IMG/VR virus record: IMGVR_UViG_3300030419_003947
Span: 1-55,581 of that record
DNA from: a virus
Taxonomy: Duplodnaviria > Caudoviricetes
DNA: 55,581 bases
Direction: 5' to 3' (one strand)
Part shown: positions 27,148 through 36,165 of the stretch, one piece after another
Layout: each line of letters opens with the position of its first letter
How positions within the stretch are numbered: position 1 is the stretch's first letter
Notes under the pieces: generated by a model
What the model was told of the DNA's origin: nothing
What the model saw: the letters and a program-made list of their open reading frames with translations, nothing else
Database searches by the model: none
Made by a program: the position numbers and the translations under genes

Positions 27148-28239
27148 ATGCGAACTGGACTTGATGGAGAGCGTGGACCCGTAGTCGCCTTGGCTGAGAA
27201 GCTGGAAGAGCAGCGCAACAACATCGCAGACTACAGAGGGAACACTGGAGGGATGTCGGCTGTGTTGAACCACACAGAGGACGGCATCGACGGCATTGCT
27301 CTGGCACTGGAGAATGTCGGAGCCTTCCCCACTAACAGGATCTGTGACTCGCAGATCGCTGCGCGGCTCAAGATTCCCAAACCTTATTGGGATCGTTGCC
27401 GTGACAACTCACCAGAGTTGTTGACCACCAACGTCAACCACTGGCTGCACAACGAGCCAGAGGACAGGATGTTTCGCACCTTGGCTGGAACAGGTCGAGC
27501 CTTCCTGTCCAATCGCTATCGTAGCTTGGACAACTACGATCTGGCAGAGGCTGTGCTGCCGCCCATGATCGAAGCAGGGTGTGAGGTCAAGTCTTGTGAG
27601 ATCACGGATAGCCGCATGTATATCAAGGCTATCACCTACGAACGCACTGCTGACATCAAGCAGGGCGATACAGTTGCTGCGGGTATCATGGTCAGCAACT
27701 CAGAGGTAGGGCAGGGTGCCTTGTTTGCCGGGGCTTTCACGGAGCGTCTGGTCTGCACCAATGGCATGGTCCACAACGATTGGGGCCAGCGCAAGTATCA
27801 TGTCGGTGCCAAGCAGACCTCTGGCAACTTGGATCTCAACAGTGCTTGGGAGTTGTTCAGCGACAATACCAAGAGCCTGTCAGACCGTGCCTTCTGGGCG
27901 CAGGTATCTGATACGGTGCGTGGTGTGCTGTCACAGGACGGCTTTGATCGCATCGTTGAGGACATGAGGGAAGCGGCTGGCGAAGCTATCGACACCGACC
28001 CCATCAAAGTTGTTGAGCGGACACAGAAGAAGTATAAGCTCAACGACACAGAGAAGGGTGGCATCCTACAGCACCTGTTGCAGGGTGGAGAGATGTCGAA
28101 GTGGGGTCTGGCCAATGCGGTCACTCGCACGGCAGAGGATGCCAGTGAGTATGACCGTGCTACTGAGATGGAAGCTCTGGGCTGGAACATCGTCAAGATG
28201 CCAGCCCGTGAGTGGACTTCCCTTATCGCTCAGTCGTAG
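27148..28239 (+). CDS. DUF932-like domain protein (363 aa)
   Basis: RAFLSNRY..LDN, SNSEVG.G, RLVCTNGM, WGLANAVT motifs. Confidence 0.85.
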   Translation: MRTGLDGERGPVVALAEKLEEQRNNIADYRGNTGGMSAVLNHTEDGIDGIALALENVGAFPTNRICDSQIAARLKIPKPYWDRCRDNSPELLTTNVNHWLHNEPEDRMFRTLAGTGRAFLSNRYRSLDNYDLAEAVLPPMIEAGCEVKSCEITDSRMYIKAITYERTADIKQGDTVAAGIMVSNSEVGQGALFAGAFTERLVCTNGMVHNDWGQRKYHVGAKQTSGNLDLNSAWELFSDNTKSLSDRAFWAQVSDTVRGVLSQDGFDRIVEDMREAAGEAIDTDPIKVVERTQKKYKLNDTEKGGILQHLLQGGEMSKWGLANAVTRTAEDASEYDRATEMEALGWNIVKMPAREWTSLIAQS

Positions 28240-28247
28240 TCACCATA

Positions 28248-28277
28248 GAGGGGCAGGGTCGAGTGGCCCTGCCCCTC
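28248..28277 (+). terminator. GC-rich hairpin after the DUF932 gene (weak U-tract)
   Basis: GAGGGGCAGGGTC-GAGT-GGCCCTGCCCCTC. Confidence 0.6.
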
Positions 28278-28283
28278 CTTACC

Positions 28284-28505
28284 ATAGGAGATATCTATGG
28301 CACAAACACCAGATTTCCGCAATTATCCTAAGTGTATACGGTGCAACGTAAGACCTTCGATACCATATACACATAAAGAATCCCACTATTGTTCACCATG
28401 CGAATTAGAGATAATTGTTGAGAACAGGAGAAAGAGAAAAGAGTATCAAGAGAAACGAAATCAAGAGAAACGAAAATAGGAGATATCTATGGCACAAACA
28501 CCAGA
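28284..28505 (+). repeat. 30-bp perfect direct repeat (RBS + first codons) flanking a 60-aa gene
   Basis: ATAGGAGATATCTATGGCACAAACACCAGA at 28284-28313 and 28476-28505. Confidence 0.92.
28297..28479 (+). CDS. 60-aa CxxC...CxxC zinc-finger protein
   Basis: CIRC...CSPC; AGGAG RBS. Confidence 0.7.
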   Translation: MAQTPDFRNYPKCIRCNVRPSIPYTHKESHYCSPCELEIIVENRRKRKEYQEKRNQEKRK

Positions 28506-28710
28506 AGATTTACTGGATGGGTTCATAGAAGTCACAGCATACATGCTTATCAGTCATTGCAAGGAACAAGGTTGCAGCCTTGAGCTTGGGATAAAAGATT
28601 GGCAAGATGAACTGCCAGAGATACAAGAGAAGTTAGCAGAGAGAGTCATAGACAAAGCCCATAGTATTCACGCAAGCAATTATCATAGGAGCAAATACGA
28701 TGACCACTAA
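28489..28710 (+). CDS. Hypothetical protein (73 aa)
   Basis: AGGAG RBS. Confidence 0.7.
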   Translation: MAQTPEDLLDGFIEVTAYMLISHCKEQGCSLELGIKDWQDELPEIQEKLAERVIDKAHSIHASNYHRSKYDDH

Positions 28711-29053
28711 TGCAAATCAAAAATTGTTTAGCCTCACTCAGCTTGTAGCTAAGATGAAGGCTGTTGATCCACAGCAAGCACGATTTAGGAATGACCGTAT
28801 CATAGAGAATCTCAAGAAGCGCAAGCGCACGGCGATGAAAATCGCCTCATCTATACATGGATCATACAATGCCCACTTCCTATTGGAAGAAGGTAAAGAT
28901 GATCCAGAATTGGTAGAATTATATGCCGTGCAAGAGGGTATCAACCGTGCCGAAAGCCTGTATCGCACCTTTGAATCCGTGTGGACAAACTATTGTGCAA
29001 GGTACTGGACAGAGCAACTGTATCCAGAAGACTACCTTGACGATTACAGCTAA
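28700..29053 (+). CDS. Hypothetical protein (117 aa)
   Basis: AGGAG RBS. Confidence 0.7.
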   Translation: MTTNANQKLFSLTQLVAKMKAVDPQQARFRNDRIIENLKKRKRTAMKIASSIHGSYNAHFLLEEGKDDPELVELYAVQEGINRAESLYRTFESVWTNYCARYWTEQLYPEDYLDDYS

Positions 29054-29064
29054 GGAGTATATAA

Positions 29065-29379
29065 ATGCCAAAACCAGAAAAGGAAAAAGACAGGTACGGT
29101 AACCTTTTGTTTCGTGCAAACAGAACCCGACCAATCTCGTGGGATCTGGGTGATCCCAAAGTGCATGTTAAGACAGATATAATGAATGAGCTTATGAGAT
29201 TCCGAAATATCAAAAACATTTCAGAGCTTGGCAGGGCAATGGATGTGCATCCTTCTAACTTGTATCGCATCAATGCTGGCAAAATCCTACCTAACTACAC
29301 AACGCTTGCTCGTATGTGTCTCGTGTTGGGTTGCCAGCCAGCAGATCTACTGTATGTAGATTATAATCTTAGTGATTGA
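29065..29379 (+). CDS. Cro/C1-type HTH regulator
   Basis: ISELGRAMDVHPSNLYRI...TLARMCLVLGCQPADLL. Confidence 0.85.
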   Translation: MPKPEKEKDRYGNLLFRANRTRPISWDLGDPKVHVKTDIMNELMRFRNIKNISELGRAMDVHPSNLYRINAGKILPNYTTLARMCLVLGCQPADLLYVDYNLSD

Positions 29380-29977
29380 GATGCTTGACCACCTTCATCT
29401 CAATATAGCCCCAATCAAATGGCACTTGAAAGGATTGATCTTTGATTTCCATCTCTGTAACGACAGAACAGAATTGATTGACCGCATCCTGTAGTTCGTA
29501 AGGCACCGTGTAGGATGTGGACTCTGGCTCTGGCAGCACCGGAAGATTCTGCCCCACAATCTCATTGCGCATAGCGCGTAAGTGTCCAGCAGACCACTCT
29601 TCTTCTTCTGCCTTGTCCAGTAGGTGATCCCTGTCTGCCGTGTTCTCCATACCCGCCACCTCAAGGTGATGAGTCCATGATAGATCACGGCGTTCCACAG
29701 GAGGGAAGACAGACGCTACCCATGCACAGTTTCTAAGGGTAGTGTCTGACTTTCCAGTGAGGAAAATTGCCTGTGAGTAAGTGTCTGGGAATTTGTTCTC
29801 GCCATATAGAATCCAATCTCCAATCCAAAAATTAATATGCTTGTGTATGGTTTGGAGAATAGCTCCAGCCCTAACCCATTCGTCCCATGACGTTTCGTCT
29901 GGGATCATATAGTGACCGTCTATGAACGCACCAGACAGACCAGATACTTTACGCAAGGTATCTTCTTGCTCACTCAT
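29369..29977 (-). CDS. LmbU-like DNA-binding regulator (202 aa)
   Basis: WIGDWILYGE, TLRNCAWVA..F....RR.LSWTHH.EVA, WS...LR motifs. Confidence 0.7.
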   Translation of the reverse strand: MSEQEDTLRKVSGLSGAFIDGHYMIPDETSWDEWVRAGAILQTIHKHINFWIGDWILYGENKFPDTYSQAIFLTGKSDTTLRNCAWVASVFPPVERRDLSWTHHLEVAGMENTADRDHLLDKAEEEEWSAGHLRAMRNEIVGQNLPVLPEPESTSYTVPYELQDAVNQFCSVVTEMEIKDQSFQVPFDWGYIEMKVVKHLNH

Positions 29978-30216
29978 TACATCTCCTTTACTGGCGTTGC
30001 CAGATCAAAGCTCAACAAATCATTAGGCTTGCAATCCAAGGCAAGGCATATCTTACCTAATGTTTTAGCACTAATGTTTCGCTGGCGAGAGTTCCATATA
30101 TCATTTACTAAATTCTTATCGGTGCCGCTTATCTCAGCAAGTTTCTTTTGCGAGTTAACGCCACGACTACGGCATACATGTTGTAGGTTCCAGCGTAGCA
30201 ATATTAAATTATCCAT
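29977..30216 (-). CDS. Cro/C1-type HTH repressor-like protein
   Basis: SQKKLAEISG...TLGKICLALDCKPNDLL; start inferred at the ATG at 30216. Confidence 0.8.
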   Translation of the reverse strand: MDNLILLRWNLQHVCRSRGVNSQKKLAEISGTDKNLVNDIWNSRQRNISAKTLGKICLALDCKPNDLLSFDLATPVKEM

Positions 30217-30260
30217 CCACCAAATATATCCATCTATATGTGGATCGTCAACGATTCTTG

Positions 30261-30290
30261 TTGACAAGAATCCACATTGGAACATATATT
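30261..30290 (+). promoter_or_regulatory. Candidate sigma-70 promoter
   Basis: TTGACA-N18-TATATT in the divergent gap upstream of the SSB-like gene. Confidence 0.5.
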
Positions 30291-30449
30291 ATGAACGATA
30301 AAGATCGAATTGGCTGGATTATCTTGGCAGTCTTAACCTTCACCTTAACCTATTTAATACTCACCTAACCCATGCCCTTGGAGAAGGCATGGAAGCAGCA
30401 TATCGTAGCGGCAATAATGCCGTCCAATATCAATTGCAATTGAAAGGAA

Positions 30450-31130
30450 ATGATCATGGTAAGTGTTCCCCTTCCCAAGGGTGACTTCGTTCCCCATCCC
30501 ACTGGGCAGCACGAAGGAACCATCTTTGAAGTAGAGGTTCGCCTCAACGAAGCAACCCAATACGGCCCAAAGAATCGGGTCATCTTAAAGATCGAATCCG
30601 ACACCAAGATGAAGGACAACGATGGCAATCCCATCTTCGATGACGAAGGAAATGAACGTGGCTTTGTCATCTGGGATTGGTTGACCGTTGCCCGTAAGCA
30701 AGGGTCGCGGTTCAGAGATCGTCGTGAGGCAGTGCTGGGCCGACCCCTTGGTGAGGCAGAAGCTCGCTCAGATGAGATGGACCCGCACGAAGAGTTCGCT
30801 GGCAAGAAGATTGCCTATGTCGTGAAACATGCTCCCGGCAAAGAAGCTGGTCAGGTGTATGCTAACATAGAGGCAATGTGGTTGCCTAACGGCACTGCTG
30901 ATTACGATGAAGAGGCCCCGGCTTCCGAAGCATCCACAAAGCGCATCAAAAAACTTGAGGCAGCCCTTGAGTTAGACGATGAGCAGATCTGTGGAGTTCG
31001 TGAGAAGTATTTGAAATCGGATTCCTTGGATGGCGTTTCCGGTAAGCTTGCCGATGAGTATATCAAGGCACTGGAGGCAGAGGTTCGAAAGCGGGTTCCT
31101 GCGGAAGAAGATGACGATCTTCCTTTTTAA
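30450..31130 (+). CDS. SSB-like/replication protein with acidic DDDLPF tail
   Basis: OB-like N-terminal pattern; C-terminal EEDDDLPF. Confidence 0.7.
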   Translation: MIMVSVPLPKGDFVPHPTGQHEGTIFEVEVRLNEATQYGPKNRVILKIESDTKMKDNDGNPIFDDEGNERGFVIWDWLTVARKQGSRFRDRREAVLGRPLGEAEARSDEMDPHEEFAGKKIAYVVKHAPGKEAGQVYANIEAMWLPNGTADYDEEAPASEASTKRIKKLEAALELDDEQICGVREKYLKSDSLDGVSGKLADEYIKALEAEVRKRVPAEEDDDLPF

Positions 31131-31164
31131 TACCCCCTAAAAGTTTCAGAAATTTTCACCCCAC

Positions 31165-31200
31165 GGGGAGCAAGGCATCTCGGTCTTGCTCCCCACTTTT
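31165..31200 (+). terminator. Intrinsic terminator
   Basis: GGGGAGCAAGGC-ATCTCG-GTCTTGCTCCCC followed by ACTTTT. Confidence 0.65.
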
Positions 31201-31224
31201 ACCTAACCATAGGAGGCTTGCCAC

Positions 31225-32046
31225 ATGGCAAAGCAACCCGAAGGCGTAAGCAAGAGTGATATGTTCTATGTTGATAACCCCAACATGATCCAGATCGTGG
31301 AAGGGTTCAATCACCGTGAAGACTTTTCAGACTTAGACAATCTGGTAGAGTCTATCATTCAGCGTGGCATAGACACACCACTGCATGTCCGCAGGAACCG
31401 TGGTAACAAGGAGCAACCCTTTGCTTTAATCGCAGGAGAACGCAGACTAAGGGCTGTATCTCTGGCCCATGAGAATGGTGCCAGCCACATCCGCATCCCT
31501 GTCATCGTCAAGCAGGTAGATGACAAGCAAGCGTTTGAAGACAGCGTGGTAGAGAACATCGAACGCAAGAACTTGAACCATGTCGAAGAGTCTAATGCTG
31601 TAGTTCGCATGGGACAGTTTGGATACAGCGTCAAGGAGATTGCCAATAAGTTCAGCCGCTCTGATCAGTGGGTAAGAGAGCGTCAGGTATTGGCAGAGGC
31701 GCACAGCGAAGTGAAGAAGGCTGTGATCAAGCGCAAGATCCCTACCGATGTAGCAGTGGGACTGGTCAAGGCCACGGATCTTCCGAAGCAAGCGGGTGAG
31801 CTAAAGAAGATTCTTTCTAAAGCTCAAGGCTCCAAGAAAAGCACTCGCAAGGCAGCATCTCAGATCAGTGGTAAGAAGGTGCGTCCCGGTGTGCGAGATC
31901 TGGAGAAAGTTAGGACAGCAATCAGCACCGCAGAAGGACTGAGCGAAGAGAACAAAGACCTACTCCTTGCTATACTGGAGTATGCTCTGGGAGAACTTCC
32001 CGAAGCGGATCTTGGTCAGTACATTGATGTTCTCTGTGGCGCATAA
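31225..32046 (+). CDS. parB: ParB/Spo0J-family protein (273 aa)
   Basis: LIAGERRLRA arginine patch, ENIERKNLN, HTH GYSVKEIANKFSRSDQWV. Confidence 0.88.
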   Translation: MAKQPEGVSKSDMFYVDNPNMIQIVEGFNHREDFSDLDNLVESIIQRGIDTPLHVRRNRGNKEQPFALIAGERRLRAVSLAHENGASHIRIPVIVKQVDDKQAFEDSVVENIERKNLNHVEESNAVVRMGQFGYSVKEIANKFSRSDQWVRERQVLAEAHSEVKKAVIKRKIPTDVAVGLVKATDLPKQAGELKKILSKAQGSKKSTRKAASQISGKKVRPGVRDLEKVRTAISTAEGLSEENKDLLLAILEYALGELPEADLGQYIDVLCGA

Positions 32047-32048
32047 GT

Positions 32049-32090
32049 AATAAGATAGGGTGGGGTTCGCCCCACCCTATCTTATTTATT
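32049..32090. terminator. Perfect 17-bp hairpin (TTCG loop), likely bidirectional terminator
   Basis: AATAAGATAGGGTGGGG-TTCG-CCCCACCCTATCTTATT. Confidence 0.8.
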
Positions 32091-32104
32091 TATAAGGAGT
32101 TGCG

Positions 32105-32455
32105 ATGAAGATATCTCTAAGTGAAAAGCCCAAGTCACAGGCTCAACAAAAGACCTTGCACTACTTTCATAATGGCAATGCTCCTTACTGGAAAATAGAT
32201 ACTCCAAGTCACAGTGATCCAAATATTTTTTGGACTCTAACCTACTGCAAAGATACCGGAAAGCTTGAGTGTAATTGCCCAAGCTCTACTTATAATTGCA
32301 AGCACGTTCAGATGTTTAAGGTTAGATTAGGAGAGGCGTTCTTATCTATGTGCTTTGATGAGGAATATGAATTGCCCTTGGTTCATTTGGCAAACATAAT
32401 CCACAAAGCATTTCACGATTACCATCTTATACTGGAAGATCCGGTGCCGCTATGA
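32105..32455 (+). CDS. SWIM zinc-finger protein
   Basis: CNCPS...CKH; AAGGAG RBS. Confidence 0.75.
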   Translation: MKISLSEKPKSQAQQKTLHYFHNGNAPYWKIDTPSHSDPNIFWTLTYCKDTGKLECNCPSSTYNCKHVQMFKVRLGEAFLSMCFDEEYELPLVHLANIIHKAFHDYHLILEDPVPL

Positions 32456-32721
32456 ACGAAGGGACAAAGGTCATTAACGATAAGGGAGAATTGCTATGCA
32501 ATATACTTCCCAATCTTAATAAGTCTGATGCGTTTATATGTTTCGGTGTGAAGTTCAACAACGATGGCAATGACGAACTTGCCGTTGCCTCCTTTGGAGA
32601 TAGGGAGGGCATCGTAGCTTCGATAGCTTACTTGCTATCGGATAATACTTACAATGAATTATTGCCAGCGATACTTGAAACGGTGGCACGTATAAACGCA
32701 AACAATTCAGAAGACACTTGA
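32452..32721 (+). CDS. Hypothetical protein (89 aa)
   Basis: ATGA overlap with the upstream gene. Confidence 0.65.
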   Translation: MNEGTKVINDKGELLCNILPNLNKSDAFICFGVKFNNDGNDELAVASFGDREGIVASIAYLLSDNTYNELLPAILETVARINANNSEDT

Positions 32722-32746
32722 CACAATATGTATATATGTGTATCTT
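32718..32746 (+). promoter_or_regulatory. Sigma-70-type promoter
   Basis: TTGACA-N17-TATCTT preceding a ~490-nt non-coding structured leader. Confidence 0.7.
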
Positions 32747-32754
32747 AGAGAGCG

Positions 32755-33100
32755 GAACTGGATGATGAAGGCATCCAAAATATTTCTTTGCTGCCCCCAT
32801 GGACATTCCTCCTCAGTGGCAAAGAATAACCAGTGAGTGTGTTGCCTTCATCAACATGCTTACTGGTTTTTTTATTATCCTTGTGCAACACTACGGACTT
32901 GCAAGGGGAGTGAGTTTGTAGTGTGGGGGAGGGAGACTCCACAGCACAAGGAGGTGAGTAGGGAGTAGCGAGATGGGTGGCGATAGGGGAGGTACCCCTA
33001 TGCTGGGGAGTCCTATCTTGCCGTGACCTTCCTACTCACCACTTCTTTTTTATCTTGGGTCTGCGAAGCAGACCCAAGATATCTACCCGCTTCGCAAGAC
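32755..33100 (+). ncRNA. Structured leader/small RNA with kissing loops and terminators upstream of the replication genes
   Basis: Loop ATGAAGG (32765-32771) is complementary to terminator loop CCTTCAT (32845-32851); further long stems; perfect 14-bp GAA hairpin at 33051-33081. Confidence 0.65.
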
Positions 33101-33240
33101 AAGGGAAAGAGAGAGGGAATAACATGCAGTCTTTAAAGCCTTACATCCACAGGCGTACCCTGTACAGCATTCTTAAGCCTGTATATTGTCATCCCCCTAC
33201 GGGGGATGTGCGCGCACGCGTTATATAGGGGAGAAAAATC

Positions 33241-33546
33241 ATGGGAACCGTAGTCCAACTGGACACTGCACCAAGTCTCAAAAAATATTGGCGGCAAAAG
33301 ATAGCCGATCTCATCAAGGAGTCTGGCATCGAAGACTCTCTACTCCGTGAGCTAACGGAGAACACAACCCAGAGGAAGTCACTGCTATGGCGAATTGATC
33401 ACATGAACTACAGCCCAAAAGAATTGGAGGACATGTATCACCAATACGCTCCGGTGATTGCTGAGTCTGTGAACCGTGCATCGGAGAAGAAGCAAGAGCA
33501 GGAGAAGAAACAGCAAGAAAAGCGTAAGGCCAAGAGAGGTTGGTGA
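33241..33546 (+). CDS. Hypothetical protein (101 aa)
   Basis: GGGGAG RBS. Confidence 0.7.
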   Translation: MGTVVQLDTAPSLKKYWRQKIADLIKESGIEDSLLRELTENTTQRKSLLWRIDHMNYSPKELEDMYHQYAPVIAESVNRASEKKQEQEKKQQEKRKAKRGW

Positions 33547-33911
33547 TGAAGATCCCTGCCAGAGAATCCGTTGCAGCACCACTCCCTGCTCCACGATGGA
33601 AGATGGGAGAACTTAAAGCAGAGGAACTCATCGCCAAGCTTGTTGACAGAGTAGACCTATCCTACCCAAGAGCAGTCAAGGATAAGTCGATCAACCTACA
33701 GACAGCCCTTGCTATCGGGGTTGTTAAAGCCATGCTGAAGATGGCAGAAAAGGATGGGTTGCCACTGAAAGAATTAGTCGAGCTTGACTTGATGCAGTTA
33801 ATGCTGGACCTCATCGCATCAGATAGAGACATAGACAAAGGGGAGGTCTTGGATAAATACCTACAACACAACTCAGTCTATCTACCCAAAGAGAAAGGTG
33901 TGTGCCAATGA
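33540..33911 (+). CDS. Hypothetical protein (~121 aa)
   Basis: Chain of overlapping genes; start uncertain (33540 or 33546). Confidence 0.7.
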   Translation: MVMKIPARESVAAPLPAPRWKMGELKAEELIAKLVDRVDLSYPRAVKDKSINLQTALAIGVVKAMLKMAEKDGLPLKELVELDLMQLMLDLIASDRDIDKGEVLDKYLQHNSVYLPKEKGVCQ

Positions 33912-34684
33912 CAGAAGAGGAGCAAGCTTTAAGCGAATCGTATTTCAAAGATGCGGCAGAGCTATTAGAGAAAACATATCGCCGCTTCTACACTGGAAAG
34001 AGAGAGTCTCTTTTCGTAGAGGATTTGGATGTGCTGTGGGAAAACGTCCAGCCAATGAATGGGTATGAGTTCTTGTTGTCTTGCAAGAAGCATATCAATG
34101 ACTTCACTGGCGATGACCGCAATGCTGGTGATTGGTTTCCTACGCCAGCCAACCTAAAGAAACATGCCATCACAGTTGAAGCAGAACGGGTGGCTGAACA
34201 CCAGAAGCAACGAGCAGAAGAAGCAGAAAAGAAAGGACAGAAGGTTCCTCTTGGCAAAGAATTTACTACAGTTCCAATCGAAGATCCTTACTTGCAGCAG
34301 TTGATGGGCAAGAGATTTGTCGAATGCTACAGTAGTGACTTAGCTAAGTGTCAGTCCTGTTACGACTCAGGATACGTACGCTTCTACTACTATCCAGAGA
34401 AGCGATCACATGTGTTCTTAGGAAAGGAATGGTTGGATCTATGGGATAGAAACCAAGAGCAAGCAAAGATGTTCCGCATGGCACTGGCAATATGCGATGA
34501 CTGTGATGCCGCAAAGGACGTTCTCTACAAAGAGAGCGAGAAAGAAAAAAGGTTTCAACAGCCACTGCTCTTCGACATCAGACGATTGGTGGCAGCAAGA
34601 AAAGAGAAGCACCAGAAGATACTACGCCGCAAAGATCTTGCGGCTGGAGATCAAACCCAACTGGATGGAGGAGATTATGTCTAA
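33908..34684 (+). CDS. Putative replication protein (helicase loader/inhibitor-like) with zinc finger
   Basis: WFPTPANL motif followed by CQSCYDSG...CDDC. Confidence 0.55.
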   Translation: MTEEEQALSESYFKDAAELLEKTYRRFYTGKRESLFVEDLDVLWENVQPMNGYEFLLSCKKHINDFTGDDRNAGDWFPTPANLKKHAITVEAERVAEHQKQRAEEAEKKGQKVPLGKEFTTVPIEDPYLQQLMGKRFVECYSSDLAKCQSCYDSGYVRFYYYPEKRSHVFLGKEWLDLWDRNQEQAKMFRMALAICDDCDAAKDVLYKESEKEKRFQQPLLFDIRRLVAARKEKHQKILRRKDLAAGDQTQLDGGDYV

Positions 34685-35579
34685 GAAAATTGCAATGAGC
34701 AAACTGCCGCATGAGGTGGAGGTCATAGAAATCTCCACAAAAAAGGCCAAGGAATATTTGGATGGGACATTCGACAGGAATCGTCCCATCGTTCAAGATG
34801 CCGTAACTCACTACCACAAGCAGATGAGAGAAGGTAAGTTCTTAGTTGCCACACCTCTTGTTGTGGCACTGGTGGAAGAAACCAATAGGTTGGTGCTGGT
34901 AGATGGACAGCATAGGCTTTCTGCTGTCATCATATGGAAGGGCAAGATGACTTTCACCTTGATGACATACTACTTGGAAACCGAAGAGCAACTGTCAGAG
35001 CTTTACGCTTGCATAGATGTCGGTAGGTCAAGAAACCTTACGGACAACGTAAGGGCGCAAGGCTTTGAAACTGAGTCTGGTTTAAATAAAATAGAAGCTA
35101 CTCGCTTTGTATCTGCCATTCAATGGGCAGAAACTAAACGTCCAGCATTTTTAGCTAAGACCTCTGTGGCTGGTAGTTATGCCGATCAAATAAACAACGC
35201 GAGAGGATGGATGTCTGAAGGAACAGAGTATTTTCGCTGTGCCAAAGACGCAAAGGGCATGATGAAATCACTGAGTCGGCGCAAGCCTGTCGTAGCTTGT
35301 GGCTTGATAACCTTCAGAGGACAGCCATCAAAGGCGGCTCAGTTTTGGCGGGGAGTATTCTTAATGGACAACATTCCTGCCAACGATCCAAGAAGCAAGC
35401 TGCACCACAAGCTTGTTGAAATGGCACAGGACAAACAGTCACATGGAAGCATGGGTGCAGTCTTGTTGGCCCGTGTTGTCTGCACATGCTGGAATGCGTT
35501 CATAACAAATCGTGAGTTAACTATCATTAAACCTATTAAGAAACTTGCATTTCAGCGGTGCAAGTGGAGGGAGGAATAA
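34677..35579 (+). CDS. ParB-fold DGQHR-type protein (300 aa)
   Basis: NRPI, LVDGQHRLSAV, IDVGRSR; GGAGGAG RBS before the ATG at 34677. Confidence 0.8.
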   Translation: MSKKIAMSKLPHEVEVIEISTKKAKEYLDGTFDRNRPIVQDAVTHYHKQMREGKFLVATPLVVALVEETNRLVLVDGQHRLSAVIIWKGKMTFTLMTYYLETEEQLSELYACIDVGRSRNLTDNVRAQGFETESGLNKIEATRFVSAIQWAETKRPAFLAKTSVAGSYADQINNARGWMSEGTEYFRCAKDAKGMMKSLSRRKPVVACGLITFRGQPSKAAQFWRGVFLMDNIPANDPRSKLHHKLVEMAQDKQSHGSMGAVLLARVVCTCWNAFITNRELTIIKPIKKLAFQRCKWREE

Positions 35580-35580
35580 G

Positions 35581-36165
35581 ATGAGCTATACTATAGAATA
35601 TAGGCACCAGATGGATCGTGACGAATTTTGGAAAGACGAACCTCGTATCCGTGAAGATGAATTTGAAAACCCAGATCATATTTCTTACGATGTCCTATTG
35701 GCATTGCAAGAGACAAGAGATATAATAGCGCGACCTATGTATTTTACATACATGAGTACGGGAGACAACAGAACATTACGCCATCCAATGGGTGATGCTG
35801 TTGATCCACATTCAGATAGTCATGTTAAGTTTTCTTTACACAAATGGGGGATCGACCACGGTGAAAGTAAGGAGCAAAACAAGATTGTCGAGAGTCCTAA
35901 TGCGTTTGGACAAGCATTGGATTGGGATTGCAATACTCATAGCCTTGATGAGTTGTTTGAGGTATATCTATTGCTTGCTCAGAAAACGAAATGGACAGGA
36001 ATCGGAGTCTATCCATTTTGGATCAACAAGGGATTTCACACCGACATGAGAAACAGCGATCACCCTTCCTTTAATGCTCATTGGTTTAGGATGAAAGATG
36101 GCAGCTATCACTCACTGACATGGCCTAACTGGAAAAGAGAGGTGATCAGTGGTGCTGGCATCTGA
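35581..36165 (+). CDS. Peptidase M15-like protein (candidate endolysin)
   Basis: SLH..G...ALD and GIGVY......FHTDMR zinc-ligand pattern; GGAGG RBS. Confidence 0.7.
   Translation: MSYTIEYRHQMDRDEFWKDEPRIREDEFENPDHISYDVLLALQETRDIIARPMYFTYMSTGDNRTLRHPMGDAVDPHSDSHVKFSLHKWGIDHGESKEQNKIVESPNAFGQALDWDCNTHSLDELFEVYLLLAQKTKWTGIGVYPFWINKGFHTDMRNSDHPSFNAHWFRMKDGSYHSLTWPNWKREVISGAGI

Noticed and set aside
30291-30368. 25-aa TM peptide MNDKDRIGWIILAVLTFTLTYLILT
   Set aside because: Plausible, but it has no RBS and the ATG abuts the candidate -10 box, so it is not supportable as a feature.
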